This document shows positions 13,602-28,920 of a stretch of DNA of 64,000 bases, one piece after another (within the stretch, counting starts at the first letter, position 1; each line of letters opens with the position of its first letter). The notes beneath the pieces are model-generated. The model ran no database searches, was not told the DNA's origin, and was given only the letters and a program-made list of their open reading frames with translations. This DNA comes from Octopus sinensis (lineage: Eukaryota). The stretch spans positions 42,284,001-42,348,000 of the forward strand of contig NC_043003.1 of assembly GCF_006345805.1 (NCBI RefSeq), given 5' to 3'. Position numbers and translations under genes: made by a program.

Positions 13602-14942
13602 CTATCTCTCATCTTTTTCTCGCTCCGTCTCTCTTTAAGATGATGGTATTAAAGATTAGTCAGAATAATTTAGTGTAGTTCTTCGGAAATTATACACAAT
13701 CTAGGTCACATGATGAAGAAACAAATCTTGTATGTTTGGTGATGCAAGAAGGAAAAGTTGTACAATCACAGACAAATATCTGTGCTCTATCGATTTAACC
13801 AAATATATGATATTCTACAAACACCTAAGTTATTGCTTAAGACAGAAAATTTTTCATAATATGCAAAACATTTACAATGTACAGAACATTTCACACACAA
13901 GACATTCTGATAATATGCAAGACATTTCACCGTGTGCAAGTTATTTTATAATGTACCGATTAATTCTCAGCATATTCAAGCATAATTGATGCTGTTCAAG
14001 GAAGTATTTTGTCAACCATCTTGGACGAGAGACTGTCGTTAACAAAAACGGAAGAAATTAAAGATGAAAGAATTTCCGACATTTTCTTAGTCAGTTCTTC
14101 CTCCATTTTTCGTCGTCGTTGTCATACTCATCTTCCTCGTCCTTTACTCCTACCACTCCTCGTCAAAACCATCGCCGTCGTCATCCTAACTAGCACCACC
14201 ATCACCGCCGCCACTGCCGCCACTACCACTGCCGCCACCACCGCCGCCGCTGCCGCCACCACTACCACCGCCACCACCCCACCAACACCAACATCATCAT
14301 CGTTACCTTCATCACCATTATAACATCAACGACCAGCACGCTAATGCCACCACCATCATCACCATCCTCCTCCACCTTCTCCTCCTACTCCTCATCATCA
14401 TTATCATCATAGCATTCTCTTCTGATTCTTCCTTCCCTTTTCTATTCTTCCTCTCCATCTTTCCTTTTCTCCACTCCTACGAAACTTTGTAGCTTAATCA
14501 AGCCTCCCTACTCTCAGAATTCCTAACGTTGCTCTGCTGTTGTTGCTCTACTCAAAATTAACACCATACAGCATCAGATGCATATTAGATAAAATGCATT
14601 ACACTATACAACAGTACACCAGAGACACATATGTATTGTTATTGCGTCTGTATATGTGTAAGCGTGAGCGTGTATGTATATGCATGCATGCATACAAGAA
14701 TGTATGTATGTAAATATATGCATGTGTGTGTGTGTGTGTGTATGTATAGGTATCAGTACATATCAATATGTACGTATGCTTATATGTATGTATGCTTGCA
14801 TGTATATAAAGCATCCTAACATCTGTGAATGTTTAAACAGTGCAGCTTTCACGATTAAGTGAGGTCTGAAATGTATTTAAAAATGTGTGTATAAATTTGT
14901 GTGAATGTGTGTGTGTATGTATGTATGTATGTATATATTTGT

Positions 14943-15011
<69 letters not shown>

Positions 15012-15029
15012 CCTGTATCTATATCTATG

Positions 15030-15091
<62 letters not shown>

Positions 15092-15913
15092 CATTGTATG
15101 TGTATATATCGTATTTAATGCTGGTAATAAAATATAGTTTGGCTACCAATCTCACTAGTAGACGTCTCATTCGCTTACTAAGTAAGCTATCAGCGCTATG
15201 GGCGCTGCCTATTACTAGATAGATAGATCCACGACAGACATATTATACATTCATTAAACGATATCCGATATTAATCAAGCCACCCTGAAAGGAAAGGAAA
15301 AGAAAAAAAGATATCACGTCTTCCGGTAGCAGAAACTAATAAACGCTGGAAAATATTTTCTGTCTGAGAGCATATATATATATCCATTTAAATGTGTATG
15401 TGTATATGTACGTATATATACCCGTATATTTATATCTATATATGTATATATAAATACATTCACACACAAACACATATATGAAATTGCCAGACTTATGTGC
15501 ATATATGTATTTTTAAGCGTATGCTTATGCAATAGTTTGCATTCCTTTAAATTGATGGGGTTGTCTTTTCTCGTATAAAATATATTTCTTCTCATTTTGC
15601 TGAGTCTACAGTTAATGTTTGGCTAAAATTATATACATATGAAAACAATTCCAATTTTATTTATTAAAAACAAAAAGACCTTACAGGCAAATAGTAAAAG
15701 TCAACAAGAATATTCCTCAGTGTTTATTCTAGTTTCAAATCTCGTCTATCTGTCTCCTCTTTAGTATACTGACTGACAGAATCTGATTATTAGTTCCAAA
15801 ACAATGTCTTCACCAATTAAGCAGCCTCCAGATAAGAAAGAACACTATTACACAACTACGTTTATATATATGTGTGTAGGTGTGCGTACATATGTATACA
15901 AACACAGACATGC

Positions 15914-15953
<40 letters not shown>

Positions 15954-16055
15954 CCACAGACGTAAATACACACACATGCATAAACTTTACTTAACGTATC
16001 GGGTGAATTTTCTCTCGTTTGCCCACGTACACTCGTACACTAGAATCTAAATGTG

Positions 16056-16115
<60 letters not shown>

Positions 16116-16979
16116 ATATATATATACATACATACTGTATATGTGTATATGCTTGTAGATATATTTCCTATTCATCATACATATGTAAATAGAGAGAGAG
16201 AGAGAGAGATGGGCAAGAATCAGCCAAGGAGACAGTTAAGCACAAACATACATTTGCGTGATCTTGTGTAATTCTTAAATGAAAGCTTTTTCTCTTTTTT
16301 TTTTGTGCCCTTCATCCAGCTAAATATTGGTATTTATTATACCGCTCACCAACAGGCAAAAGGAAAATTTTATACGACTAACATTTGAGCTTATCACTTC
16401 GAAAGGCAGAACAGCAAATACATACCACACACGCATTATACACTTATACACACACATAAACATACGAAAAATATATGTCTAAACACCATGAAATACGGTC
16501 AGACACTTGACTGTATCTTTTCCTGTGTTATAAGTGACTTGTATTAAATTACTGGTACACTGTGTGCTCTGTGTACCAGTATTCGACCGTTCAGTAACTA
16601 GACAATTTTTCATACAAGGAATTTTATAGTCTACTTAGAGATTCCTCACAGTGTAGTATATTCGAAAATACGGTGCCGCGCACACAGTGTTTCAATGCAG
16701 TCAGTACTGCTTTCCGTTGGCATGGAGTTAAATTCCTCCACAGTAACGAAAACAAATATTCAGAAGACAAAGATGGTTCGTACACAGATGACGGTCTTCT
16801 AACACTTTTGAAATGCAATCAAGAAACATGTGCACCTTGCTTGTTCCAAATTAGAACGCAACACAACACAGTCTTACATTTTCGAGATGACGTCCAACAT
16901 CTTTTACCATCCGTAGTACTCATACAATAAACTAGATTAAATTATACTATAACATGTGTAAACACACACACACACAAAC

Positions 16980-17007
16980 ACATAGATAGATAGATAGATA
17001 GATAGAC

Positions 17008-17091
<84 letters not shown>

Positions 17092-17124
17092 GTAGACAGA
17101 CAGACAGACAGAGAGAGAGAGAGT

Positions 17125-17184
<60 letters not shown>

Positions 17185-17185
17185 T
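16980..17185. repeat. Compound (GATA)n/(GACA)n/(GA)n microsatellite, representative of dozens of SSR tracts in the window
   Basis: Directly visible. Similar tracts of (TA)n, (CA)n, (CATA)n, (AAT)n, (TAG)n and (CAC)n occur throughout. Confidence 0.95.
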
Positions 17186-17187
17186 AC

Positions 17188-17350
17188 AATGGGCTTCTTT
17201 CAGTTTCCGATGGTCGAATTCGATCACAAGGCTCTGGCCTGCCCGAGGCTATAGTATAAAACACTTGCCCAGGCTGACATACATTAGGACTATATGAGAA
17301 ACTATGTTGTTGGTCATCAAGTCTCTTACCACGCAGCCACGTCTGCGCCT
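17188..17350 (-). mobile_element. 5' half of tRNA-derived SINE family B (ggcgcagga-tggctgtgtggtaag head)
   Basis: Reverse complement matches the first ~150 bp of the full copy at 61954-62359. Confidence 0.7.
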
Positions 17351-17794
17351 ACATATATAATCGCAATGTAAAAGGATTACTGTCGTAGATTTTACAAACT
17401 TTTAATAAAAATTAGTAACCTATACCGTGGAAGAATTCCAGTATATTAATTCACTATTTTATCAGTATGGCACAATGTTTATTATCAATTGGAATGTAAA
17501 AAAGAACAATAACAGCATAATTTTAGTTCGTTTTAATTTAGTTTGTGAATAATTAAAACTGGTTGAATTGTTTGCCATCATGATTAATGCACTTTTGTTA
17601 TCATACTCTATTGATTTTCTGTATAACTAAGGCAAATTAAGACGATTAATTAATTAATACGAATATTTATTAATTATTTACAAAAGTTACGCAAACCTCA
17701 ATGGATATTCCAAATATTCCCCCTCTCGATTTAATTCCCCCACCTCTCGCTTTAATTCGCCCCTTCTCTCTTTCCCTCTCTCTCTTTCTCTTTC

Positions 17795-17871
<77 letters not shown>

Positions 17872-18065
17872 TTCTGTGCATTTATCTATCTACCTATCTA
17901 TCTGTCTATATGTTTATGTCTGTCTGTCTGTCTCTCTATCTCTATCTCTATCTCTCTCTCTCCCTCTCTTTCTCTCTCTCTCTATATATATATATTATAT
18001 AAACATGCACACACATATATACATGGATGTGCATATGTGTATATATGTGTGTATGTGTGTGTATG

Positions 18066-18132
<67 letters not shown>

Positions 18133-18771
18133 GTATGATATGTATGTATATGCAATGGAGAAATGAAGAGAGAGCGAGAGAGAGATAGTGAAAGAGAATG
18201 AAAAGTAGACAGACAAGACAGACTTATACGAATAGTCTTCTATAAACATATGTATACACATTATAAACGCAAACATACACACACAATCACGCATATATAT
18301 GACGAACAACGATACCCATAGAAAGATAAAGAGAGAGATGGAAATAGAGGAAGAGAGAGAAAATATACTAAATATGTATAAAATCATATAAATACAGATT
18401 TAGACTGAGAATAGAGGAAGAAGTAGAGAAGGAGAGAGGGAGAGAGAGAGAGAGAAAATGAAGGAGAGAGTTTTTGAAGAGATGGATAATGGAGTGAAAC
18501 AGACAGTGAGTCGGTTACATATAAAAGCGGGTGTGAAAAGGAAACGTGTCCCCAGGAAATCAATGCAATAAATTGTCTGTAACTTCGGGTTTGCCATGTT
18601 CAAAGAAATTTGGTTTAAATATTTTATTTGATTGGCACCATGCTGATCGTGTTGTTGTTGTGCAACTCACTGATATAGCATTGTGCGTAGTTCTGGTTTG
18701 TTGCTCCTGAACCGAAACAGCTAGCCAAAAACAGCAGCGCTTAGTGTATAATAAGATTTTACAACGTCAGC

Positions 18772-18833
<62 letters not shown>

Positions 18834-19029
18834 CAACAACAACTGGTACAATGGTAATAAAGGCGACGATAGCGATGAAGGGGATGAAGAATATAACGAT
18901 GACGATAACGATGATGACGGCGACAACGGTTCCAACATCGGGAACAATATAATCTACAGAAATATGATTTATTTTAGCTTGGCCCAGCCATCCAATTCGA
19001 ATCCACTCTCTGAATATATACATAATATT

Positions 19030-19077
<48 letters not shown>

Positions 19078-19246
19078 TATATATATATGAATATATATAT
19101 ATATATATGTATATGAATATGTATATATATATACATGTATATATATATATATATACATGTATGTATCTATGTATGTGTGTGTATGCACGTACATACATAA
19201 GTACATACATGTACATTTGTAAATTTGTGCATGCATATGTGTGTAC

Positions 19247-19285
<39 letters not shown>

Positions 19286-19739
19286 GAGAGAAATATGTGG
19301 TAAGATGATTGACAGATAAACTGATAGATTGACAGAAAGATAGAGAGAGTGATAGAGAGGGAGAGAGAGAGAGAATGAAAGAGAGAAAGAAAGAAAGAAA
19401 GAAAGAAAGAAGGAAGGAAAAAAAGAAACAGGGAGAATGGGAAGTTTATACGCATCAAAGTACGAACGCTCACAGAGACGCACGTACACACAAACATATA
19501 AAATACGCATATGCATAAGTATCTCTGTATGTGTGGATGTATTTAAGTTATTTACATCATAAGCACTTTTATATGCTTTCAAAATCACAATAATAAAGTA
19601 TAATGGAATATAATAATATATATCCATTTATACTTACATACCAAATATCCAAAACCATATCTGAATAGCTATCCATATTTATATGGCTATCTTGCATTCC
19701 CTTATTCTCTTGTTCTTTTCCCACAATGTCTTGCTCACT

Positions 19740-19783
<44 letters not shown>

Positions 19784-19846
19784 AACATATATATACACAC
19801 ACACACACATATATATATATATATGTACAACGCAGAGAAACACAAT

Positions 19847-19878
<32 letters not shown>

Positions 19879-20106
19879 CATCTACATGTATGTACGTACG
19901 TATATAAATGCGTGTGTGTTTTTATATGTACACACCAATATATACACAAGAATTAAATACATTTAATACATACATTATCGTAGCCAATATTTACAGGCTT
20001 GGTATACATAGTTATTATGATTCATAAACTTTCTGTAATGAAACGGGAAAACAAACAAACACACTTACAAATCACATACACACAACACATAAACTTATAA
20101 GAAATG

Positions 20107-20137
<31 letters not shown>

Positions 20138-20609
20138 CATGTGTGCAAGTTTATATATATATAGATATATATATACACGAATATATATTATTACTAACAA
20201 TGATGATGAGGTGGACGACAAAAATAATAACAATAATATATAAATAATATATCTAAATAAACAATATATCACAATGTACACATCAAAAATATATATAATA
20301 TACACCCACATTCTTATATCAATAATATAAAAGATATACATATGAATATCTTGTGTGTGTGTATGTGTGTGAGTGTGTGTGAGTGTGCGTGTGTGTACAT
20401 GTACATATATTCATTGCTAAATAAAGATATATAATAAAATGTTCCAAGGTTTGATAGGGTCCAGTTATTCCTGCTTTTCAACTCTAGATAAATCGATGGC
20501 CAAAGACACTATGCGTGTGTATATGTAAATAAATAAATAAATAAATAAACATACACACATGCATACATATATGCATATATATATATATGTAGATATGTAT
20601 ATAAGTGTG

Positions 20610-20658
<49 letters not shown>

Positions 20659-20708
20659 TATATCTATAATATATATATAGATATATATATACATATACAT
20701 ACATATAA

Positions 20709-20765
<57 letters not shown>

Positions 20766-21370
20766 ATATATTTATATTCTATCGTTTATTTTACATTATT
20801 TTATCATTTCTTTCGTCCATTCTAAATCTCTGAAATAATCTCTCTATTTCTCCTGTTCTCTGTGTCTCTCTCCAAAATTCTATCTCTCTGCCTATACATT
20901 CCCTTACTTTCAACATGGTTTATGATTATAAAGTGAAGTAGACAGACGTCCTGATAATCAAAAATATCGCCTTCATCATACCACCCCTCCCCAACCACCA
21001 TAAAAAAATTTACAGGGCAAGGAAATGATAGGAAAAAAGAACTAAAATAAAAATAAATACAAAACAATATCGGGGTGAAGCAATAACTTGTATGATACAT
21101 ATACACATACGTACACACGAGCACACACAAGCACACACACACATACATATATATATAAGAGAGAGAGATAGAGAGAGAGAGAGAGAGTGAGAGACAGATA
21201 TGCACACACATACATGTATATGTGTTTGCGTATTCCTATATATATATATATATATATATTTTATGTATATACATATATATATTTATACATACCATGATGC
21301 AAATAAAGGATTCGGAAGCATAGTAAAATACAAAATACAAATAATAATAATAATAACAATAATAATAATG

Positions 21371-21433
<63 letters not shown>

Positions 21434-22064
21434 TAATAATAATAATAATCCACCAAAAATATTGCTGGAGAAAATATATAATAGAAATGGCGAAAGTATA
21501 ATATCCTACTGGCTTTTATATTTTCCGCGTAAATCGATTCGATTTGGTTTATGTAGATGCGATAGAAAATGATAAAAGGAGAGGAATAATATACAGACGT
21601 ACGTACATACATATATACATGCATACGTGTGTATGTGTATGTGTGTGTGTGTATGTGTGTGTGTGTGTGTGTTTAAGCAAGTATATATGTAGTATATAAG
21701 TATAAGTATGAAACGAAGAATCAACCGGCCAAGAAGCTTATTTAATTCAGACCCAGCAAAACAAAAAAAAAAAATGGAAGAAAAACAAAATTCAAACAAT
21801 AATGAAAGCAAGTAACAATATTGAAGTAGACGACATTACAAAGGTACAGTAATATATCACGACGACGGCGAGTTTGCTGCGTCAGATGCTCGTGTTGGAA
21901 AGCAATACTTTGTATTGTGACCTCAGCTTAGACCCTGTAACATTAACGACAGCCATGATGTCTAAAAAAAAAACTCAGTTGTTTAAATAGAGACAGAATC
22001 TTTGCATCATGAGGAAGATAATAATGGATATATATATGTATATGTACATATAATATATATATAT

Positions 22065-22113
<49 letters not shown>

Positions 22114-22200
22114 TATGAATTATCATACAAGAATGTATGTACGTATGTATGTATGATACGATATCTGATACATGAAGTAGATGCACGCTTCATAGGTTTA

Positions 22201-22265
<65 letters not shown>

Positions 22266-22412
22266 TGTAGTATATTGAAATGACACATAGCTATATGCAT
22301 ATACTATGTATATAATCTTATATTTTGTCAATAAAATTATCTTATGCAAACAGATCTACAGAGCAGGCAAACACGGGCGAGCAAGTGTACCCGTACCCGT
22401 ATTGGCACATGC

Positions 22413-22457
<45 letters not shown>

Positions 22458-25141
22458 TATTTATGCATAGTCCAAATACCCTTTACGAATGTAAATATAA
22501 ACAAGCATATATATGCACCCGTGAACACACGCAGACATTATCATTTCATACGTTGTATAAGCGAAAGTCTTCCTCGACACTCTTTCGAATTTCGCGGTTA
22601 ATAATGTTTATTCTCGGTCTTAAACGTTGTAGAGTCCGTTTCCTGTAACTAATTTCTTTATATACACCATACGAGTATCAGTGCTTATATCTACTGCTTC
22701 ACGTATGTATATCTTAGAATATAGACCAATGCATGCTGTTTCATATGTTCAAACCGATTGGCCAGACGTCTTCTGACTGAATGACAGCGATGATTTCAAT
22801 AGGATACGAACACTATTCCATGTGTTTTCACTAAATACTGTGTATATTTTAGTATGGCAAATAATCATTATCATAATATTTTTCTACGTTTATATATTTG
22901 ATTTGCAAGATTCCTGATGCGGAATCGTGTGTTAAAAAAGATATTGTTATATTTGAAGATGGTCATATTTTGCCAATTAAATTTTTAACAAGCGGGACCC
23001 GTCAATATTTCATGAAATGAATGGTAAGCCTATTGGGCAATTTCTGAAAACTTCATAAAAGAAAACTTGAAAGCGTAACCTGTATTGTGTCTGTATGGAA
23101 AGATAGTCGCTCATTTGCAACTTATTGAAAAGTAAAAGAAATCGGAATATGATACTTATTTAATGCACTTTTTAGATACACTTTATATACTTTATGCAGT
23201 TTTATAGACTTAATACATAGCACTCGTAAAATAAATATTTTTCCCCATAAAAATATTCCGTGCATATGACACAACCTTTAGTTAAACTGCATATATCTGC
23301 TACATAAATAAACGTGAATATTTCACGGAATTGCACTTCCGTGCATGCGTTAAGAGATAGGTGATATAAAAAAGTTAGTTTTATTACCCCACCCAGAAAA
23401 ATGCTGGTTCCTGTAATTTCTCTTTCTAAGAGGAAGAATGATGGGAGGTAACTTATGTCCTGACAATTAACCAACAAGTCATAAAACCTGTCAGGATAAA
23501 TTATCTACTTTCCATTGTCCGCAAAGAATAAATATGTATATTTACATAATCGGCTTCTCTGCGACGTGAGTGTTGAAAACTATATGTAAATCTATCTACA
23601 TTGAGTATGTTTGAGATACAGACATAAGTAAATTAGAGAGACACACACACATAAGCACTTACACACACACATATATAAATGCATACATAAATATATGTAA
23701 ATATACATGTATGCATACCAACATTCATACCTGTATATATACATATATATATATATATGCTGCTATTCATGAACATATGTAAGTACATATGTTGGAGTGT
23801 AACCCAGTGCTACCTTTCTCTCAGAGGGAAACCAACAACACAACCAGACACAGAATCTGCTCTCTCTCTCTTTCCGTCTTCGACTGTCATTCTTACACAC
23901 ACACATACACGCGGGCACACACACAAACACAGAGCTATCACCACCACCACCACCACCACCACCACAACATATACATATGTATATTCCTTAACAAATAGAC
24001 CTTAACACACTTAGAATTGTTGTTTCTCCAATAGAAGAGCCCATAACTTCAGATGTACTGTATTTCATACTGGAATGTACCGCGTCCGTTTGATGTTCAA
24101 ACTTAGCTGTTTCTTCAAAACACCCGCATTGCCGCACTGCATAAACATATATAGGCTTATACGCGAAAAGATATGCATATACCACTAAATACGCACACAC
24201 ACGTGCGCGCACAGTCACACACACGTGCACCACCACAGAGGAACATTCTCAAGTATACGAACAACACTCATTCACACGAAAATATCCTGTCACAGACGTA
24301 GTACATTCGCAAATTACACTTAAATACTTCTCAACTCACGTCCAGCGAAAGAAGTACGCTAGCTACTTTCCCCACATATATACATAAAATCTTACATATA
24401 TACCAATATACATACAAACTCACATGCATATACATATATATATATACGTTGCTGCTTACGTGCATATTTACATACAAATGATTATATACACATAGATACC
24501 TATATCTACCAACATAAATACACATACATACATACATACATACATAGATATGTACATAACACGCATTTAGCGGTGCGTAAACAATAGGCATTTTGTGTTT
24601 ATAATTCCTGTAAGCAAACAAGAATGTTTAATATTGAAGAAAGTAATACGACACTGTTATTATTGTACTAATTTATCAGCTGGTGCAAACATGCGTCGCA
24701 TACACAAACTAACACACTTCCTCACACAAGACACACACACAACACACAACACATACTCAAATACTTCAATACAAATCCTCGTACATACACACTCATACAA
24801 ACACGCAAATCCACATATTGAAACTTGCATAAAATCTCCCTTCATACACAATCACTCACACATGTATTCGCCCAACACAGATGTAGTCTTTATGTGGTAT
24901 TCTCGCCATGCTAAACATAGCAGTCCAGTATCCCTTAACCAATACGCTACAGTCATGTAAAAGAAACCTATTTATATAAAGTAGTCTAATCCATGCTCTT
25001 GACATGATTACAGTTATTACGCCTTTAATCAAATCAGGACTGATCATGGGCTAAATAACCACAATAATATAAAAGCACACCTTTCTGGTGCCACTTTAGT
25101 CTGTGGTCTACCTGGCTATTAACACTTCAACGTAAGTGTTA

Positions 25142-25252
25142 CTCTAACTCTAACACTAACCTTAATCCTAAACCCTATACCTAATCCTAAACTCTGAACC
25201 TAAATCCTAACAGTTGAACCCCAACACCAAACCCTTAACCTAACCCTAACCC
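25142..25252 (+). repeat. Degenerate (CCCTAA)n-like interstitial telomeric-type array
   Basis: About 18 imperfect 6-mers (ctctaa, cactaa, ccttaa, tcctaa, ccctaa) ending in aaccctaaccc. Confidence 0.6.
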
Positions 25253-26570
25253 AGATCAGATCATTTCATAGCAGTAGACAGCATGCTAACGTAGCGTCAA
25301 TTTTCTTGAATATAAGTAAACAGAACCTGTTGTTTTATTATTTTTATTTTTATTAAATTTTGACGTAATATTACAAACAATAAATGTTGACGGTCTTTGT
25401 GAGTTTCTGAATGGCTAACATGTGTTTTTCACGCTGCAACCGTTTTAGTTTCATCATACGATCTTAGATCAAAACACTTGCAATGCATGTACATTTCAGT
25501 AATTTTTAGATATTATCAAGGGAAACTTCATCCGTGTACAAGCTTTCCTCTCCTTGTTTAAGGATATGTCTATAATTCACAGTGTATGTGTGTATCTCTT
25601 AAAATGTGCGATATATTATATTTACGTTTGACTAGTGGTATTCTTCTTATCATTGCTTACATGGCAGAATTACTGAAATATTTGTGAAACTACTAGTTAT
25701 AACGTAAATCATTGGTGGGAATACAATTACTTCTAAAATTTAAACGACATCGTTACGGTTGTGACATCTTAAAGATCAACGAAATCTTAAAGATCAACGA
25801 AATCTGATCTTTCTCATCGACTCCAACAGCACCTTCGAGAATCATGAGGTAACACCTATTGTTTTTGATGGAGTATTCTTATTGGTTCAAAATGTTATTG
25901 TTACATCGTGTAACACGTAATCGTCTCAAGCCATCAATTACCGTTCAAGATATATGATAATAACTGCAAGAGAGCTGCGACGATTAGTAATTTGAAGTGC
26001 AATAAAATTAGCAACACGAACAATACGAAAAATATATATAAATGTCATTACAATTAAGAAGAACCCTTTTGCCGTTGTTGTTATTTCATTCCTTTTGTCC
26101 GACCTCATGAAAATTCACAACCAAGCTATCACAATAATCACATCATATTTTAAATTTACATTTTTTTTTTTGCTTGGGTTAGTATTTGAGGGTACATACA
26201 TAATTGTACTGATAAACCGAATTGTCAAGCTTCAAAGGGGTTATTACCTTTTCAAAATATGCTACAGTTCCTTAATCAATTTTTAAGCCCTTTCTCCTTA
26301 CATTTCTTTTCAACGAATACTATTACCAAGATCCGTCAACCTCAGAATTGTATGAGGGTACTTATCCGCGGCATTGCCAAATGGAACAGCATGTTGCTTT
26401 CTGTGATGTTCTGATGCGAAGTCAATCCGTCGTACGTTGCGAAGAAATTAATACTTGCCGGCATGATAGCAATATAACATAAGTCTGGTTGAATTTGAGA
26501 ATTGATGAAACAATTGTAAACAATGTAGGAAAATAATTTGGTACCACAACATTTCGATGTTTTGTAATTT

Positions 26571-26880
26571 GCAAAAGTGGTTGTCTGGTGGACGAGGCTG
26601 AAAGGCATGCGGGCAAAGACTTTCTTCTTTGGTAAAGCTCCCATTGACTTCTTAAAGTTTCACTTGAAAAGAAAAGTGAGGGTGGAGAGGAAGTTGCCAA
26701 CAGTGGATAGCACCATTCTAAGTATAGAACTGTGAGTCGGAAAACAAGAACTGGAGAGAGCACCTGCCCTTAATATTCAGGGAGATCTTAGACGGTGTGG
26801 TTCCTTGATAATCTCTAGAGGTCTCTCTGTCGGGGGAGGGAGCACATTGTTACCATAATCTCCCTTTAATTTTAATTTTT
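26571..26880 (+). mobile_element. Diverged Tx1-clade 3' fragment, copy 3
   Basis: Translates AKVVVWWTRLKGMRAKTFFFGKAPIDFLKFHLKRKVRVERK, aligning to copy 1 AKECIWWTRLKGLETNTFLSGQSLINFFKYHLKRKVRVERQ. Confidence 0.8.
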
Positions 26881-27018
26881 ATTTTATTTATTTATTATTT
26901 CATTTTTACTACGTTTTTCACCGCTTATTTGAAATTGTGTATATGCATACACATATATTATGTATATACATACATATATCACATACATACATACCATACA
27001 ATATATATATATATATAT

Positions 27019-27059
<41 letters not shown>

Positions 27060-28073
27060 TTATATGTGTGTGTATATATGTATGATGTATATAATATAAC
27101 ATATGATGGAAATGATAGATTATTAAACGTCCATCTGATTGAAACTAGTAGATTCATGCACGAAACTGTGCAATCTTCTTGTTCATATAGTAATGGTGAC
27201 AGTTATGTTTTACAATTTACATATATATATCCTCCAGTTGTCCAGGTGGTTGTAGCAGCCCATGGGCCTCTAGACGCAAAGTCAGAAATATCTGAAATAC
27301 TGCGCCTATACTGCATCCTTATCCATATTTGCTCATGCCCCTTACTAAAGAACTGTCGTCCTTGTGGAGAGAGTTATTTACTCATTTCACACAATCAGCA
27401 TGAAAAAACCATATCGTTAACGTAAGTGTTAACATATTAATTATAGGAAAAAAACAACGAACAGAAAAAAAAAAGCCACGCTGTAATAACACATTTCTGT
27501 CTTTATACGACTTCATCAAGTAATGGTAGATTTATTTTATATAACGCACTATTTTTGGTATAAAAAAAGATAAATCGAAATGATAATAATTAATAACTAA
27601 TATTGTATTTTGCCTCACTGCAAAATTATTCCCATTTCGTTCTACATTCCTGCTGCCAGCATCAAAATATATTAACACTAGCTTCATTTGTTGCACTTGG
27701 TTGTATATGATGATATTTACTTTTGAACATATTGCTGATTGCTACTGTTGTTCCGAATTTTGTAACACTTCATTATTGATTGTTGCTATTGTTCTTGCCG
27801 CCGTAATCATATTTTATCTTCGATTTTTCTGTTATTATTATTATTATTATATTATATTATTATTATTATTATTATTATTATTGATATTGATATTAACTTC
27901 ATCGTTATTCGAAATTCTCTCATTGATATCATTTCTATAGAAGTTTTTCTTCTCTTCTTGTTGTTGATTTGCGTTTGAAACGGCTAATTCGTTCATGTCC
28001 ATTTTTAACGAAAACCTGCAGCAGCTATTGTTGTTGTTGTTGTTGTTGTTACTACTACTACTACTGCTACTGC

Positions 28074-28109
<36 letters not shown>

Positions 28110-28620
28110 CACCACCACCACCACCACCACCACCACTACTACTACTACTACTACAGTTGTTGTTGTTAAGCAGCAAGACGCGTAAGGGTGGTTAGGTGAT
28201 GGTCTAGGGCTTAGGGGCGGGAGACCTCAGACCTTGGGTAAAAAAAAAAAACTTTGGTTGTCTTGTTTGGTAGTCGAGGGCTCTTCGTTGATACGCGACA
28301 CCACTGGGAAGTGGCCCTCGAAGTCGCTGGAAATGGAGATCTCCAGGTCCAAATTCTTGGACGGCTGCTGCTGCTGCTGACACCGCTGCTGCTGATGAAC
28401 ATGGTGATAATAGCAGTGAGGTTATTCGGGATGGTGGTTTTGCTAATCGTGTAAATGAATGTATCGTGACGGCCAAGAAAGTACTGGGGTAGGTGAGAAC
28501 ATCGCAATTAGTAAGGATAATTAGCCATATTGGCGATGATAAAAGCAATTGTGTCGTGATAATGGTGTTGATGGTGGTGAGGATGCATCCATGGCTGAGC
28601 AGTTAACATGTTGGCTTCGT

Positions 28621-28920
28621 GGAGGCACATGGCCTAGTGGTTAGAGCAGCGGACTCGCGGTCGATGGATCGCGGGTTCGAATCTCAGACCGGACGACGCG
28701 TATGTTTATCAGCGAAACACCTAAGATCCACGCGGCTCCGGCAGAAGCTAATGGCGAAACTTCTGCTGACTCTTTCGCCACAACTTTCTCTCACTCTTTC
28801 CTCCTGCATCTTGCAGCTCACCTGCAATGGACCGGCGTCCCGTCCAGGTGGGGAACCTATACGCCAAGAAACCGGGAAACCGGCCCTTATGAGCCAACCA
28901 TGGCTCGAGAAGGAACAAAC
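28621..28920 (+). mobile_element. tRNA(Arg)-like SINE family C, tail variant 1
   Basis: A box tggcctagtgg, B box ggttcgaatc, TCG in the anticodon-like position. Head and core shared with 50039-50417, but the 3' tail differs. Confidence 0.8.

Noticed and set aside
15191-15211. Hairpin cagcgc-tatgg-gcgctg followed by CTAG, resembling a Helitron 3' end
   Set aside because: CTAG is followed by A rather than T, and no 5' end was identifiable.
18745-19040. D/N-rich frame on plus and TM-like hydrophobic frame on minus
   Set aside because: Both come from a degenerate (AAT)/(GAT)/(GAC) trinucleotide array.
27847-28176. N/S/G-rich 109-aa ORF on the minus strand
   Set aside because: Built mostly from compound trinucleotide repeats and separated by stops from the upstream GC3-rich frame in all phases.
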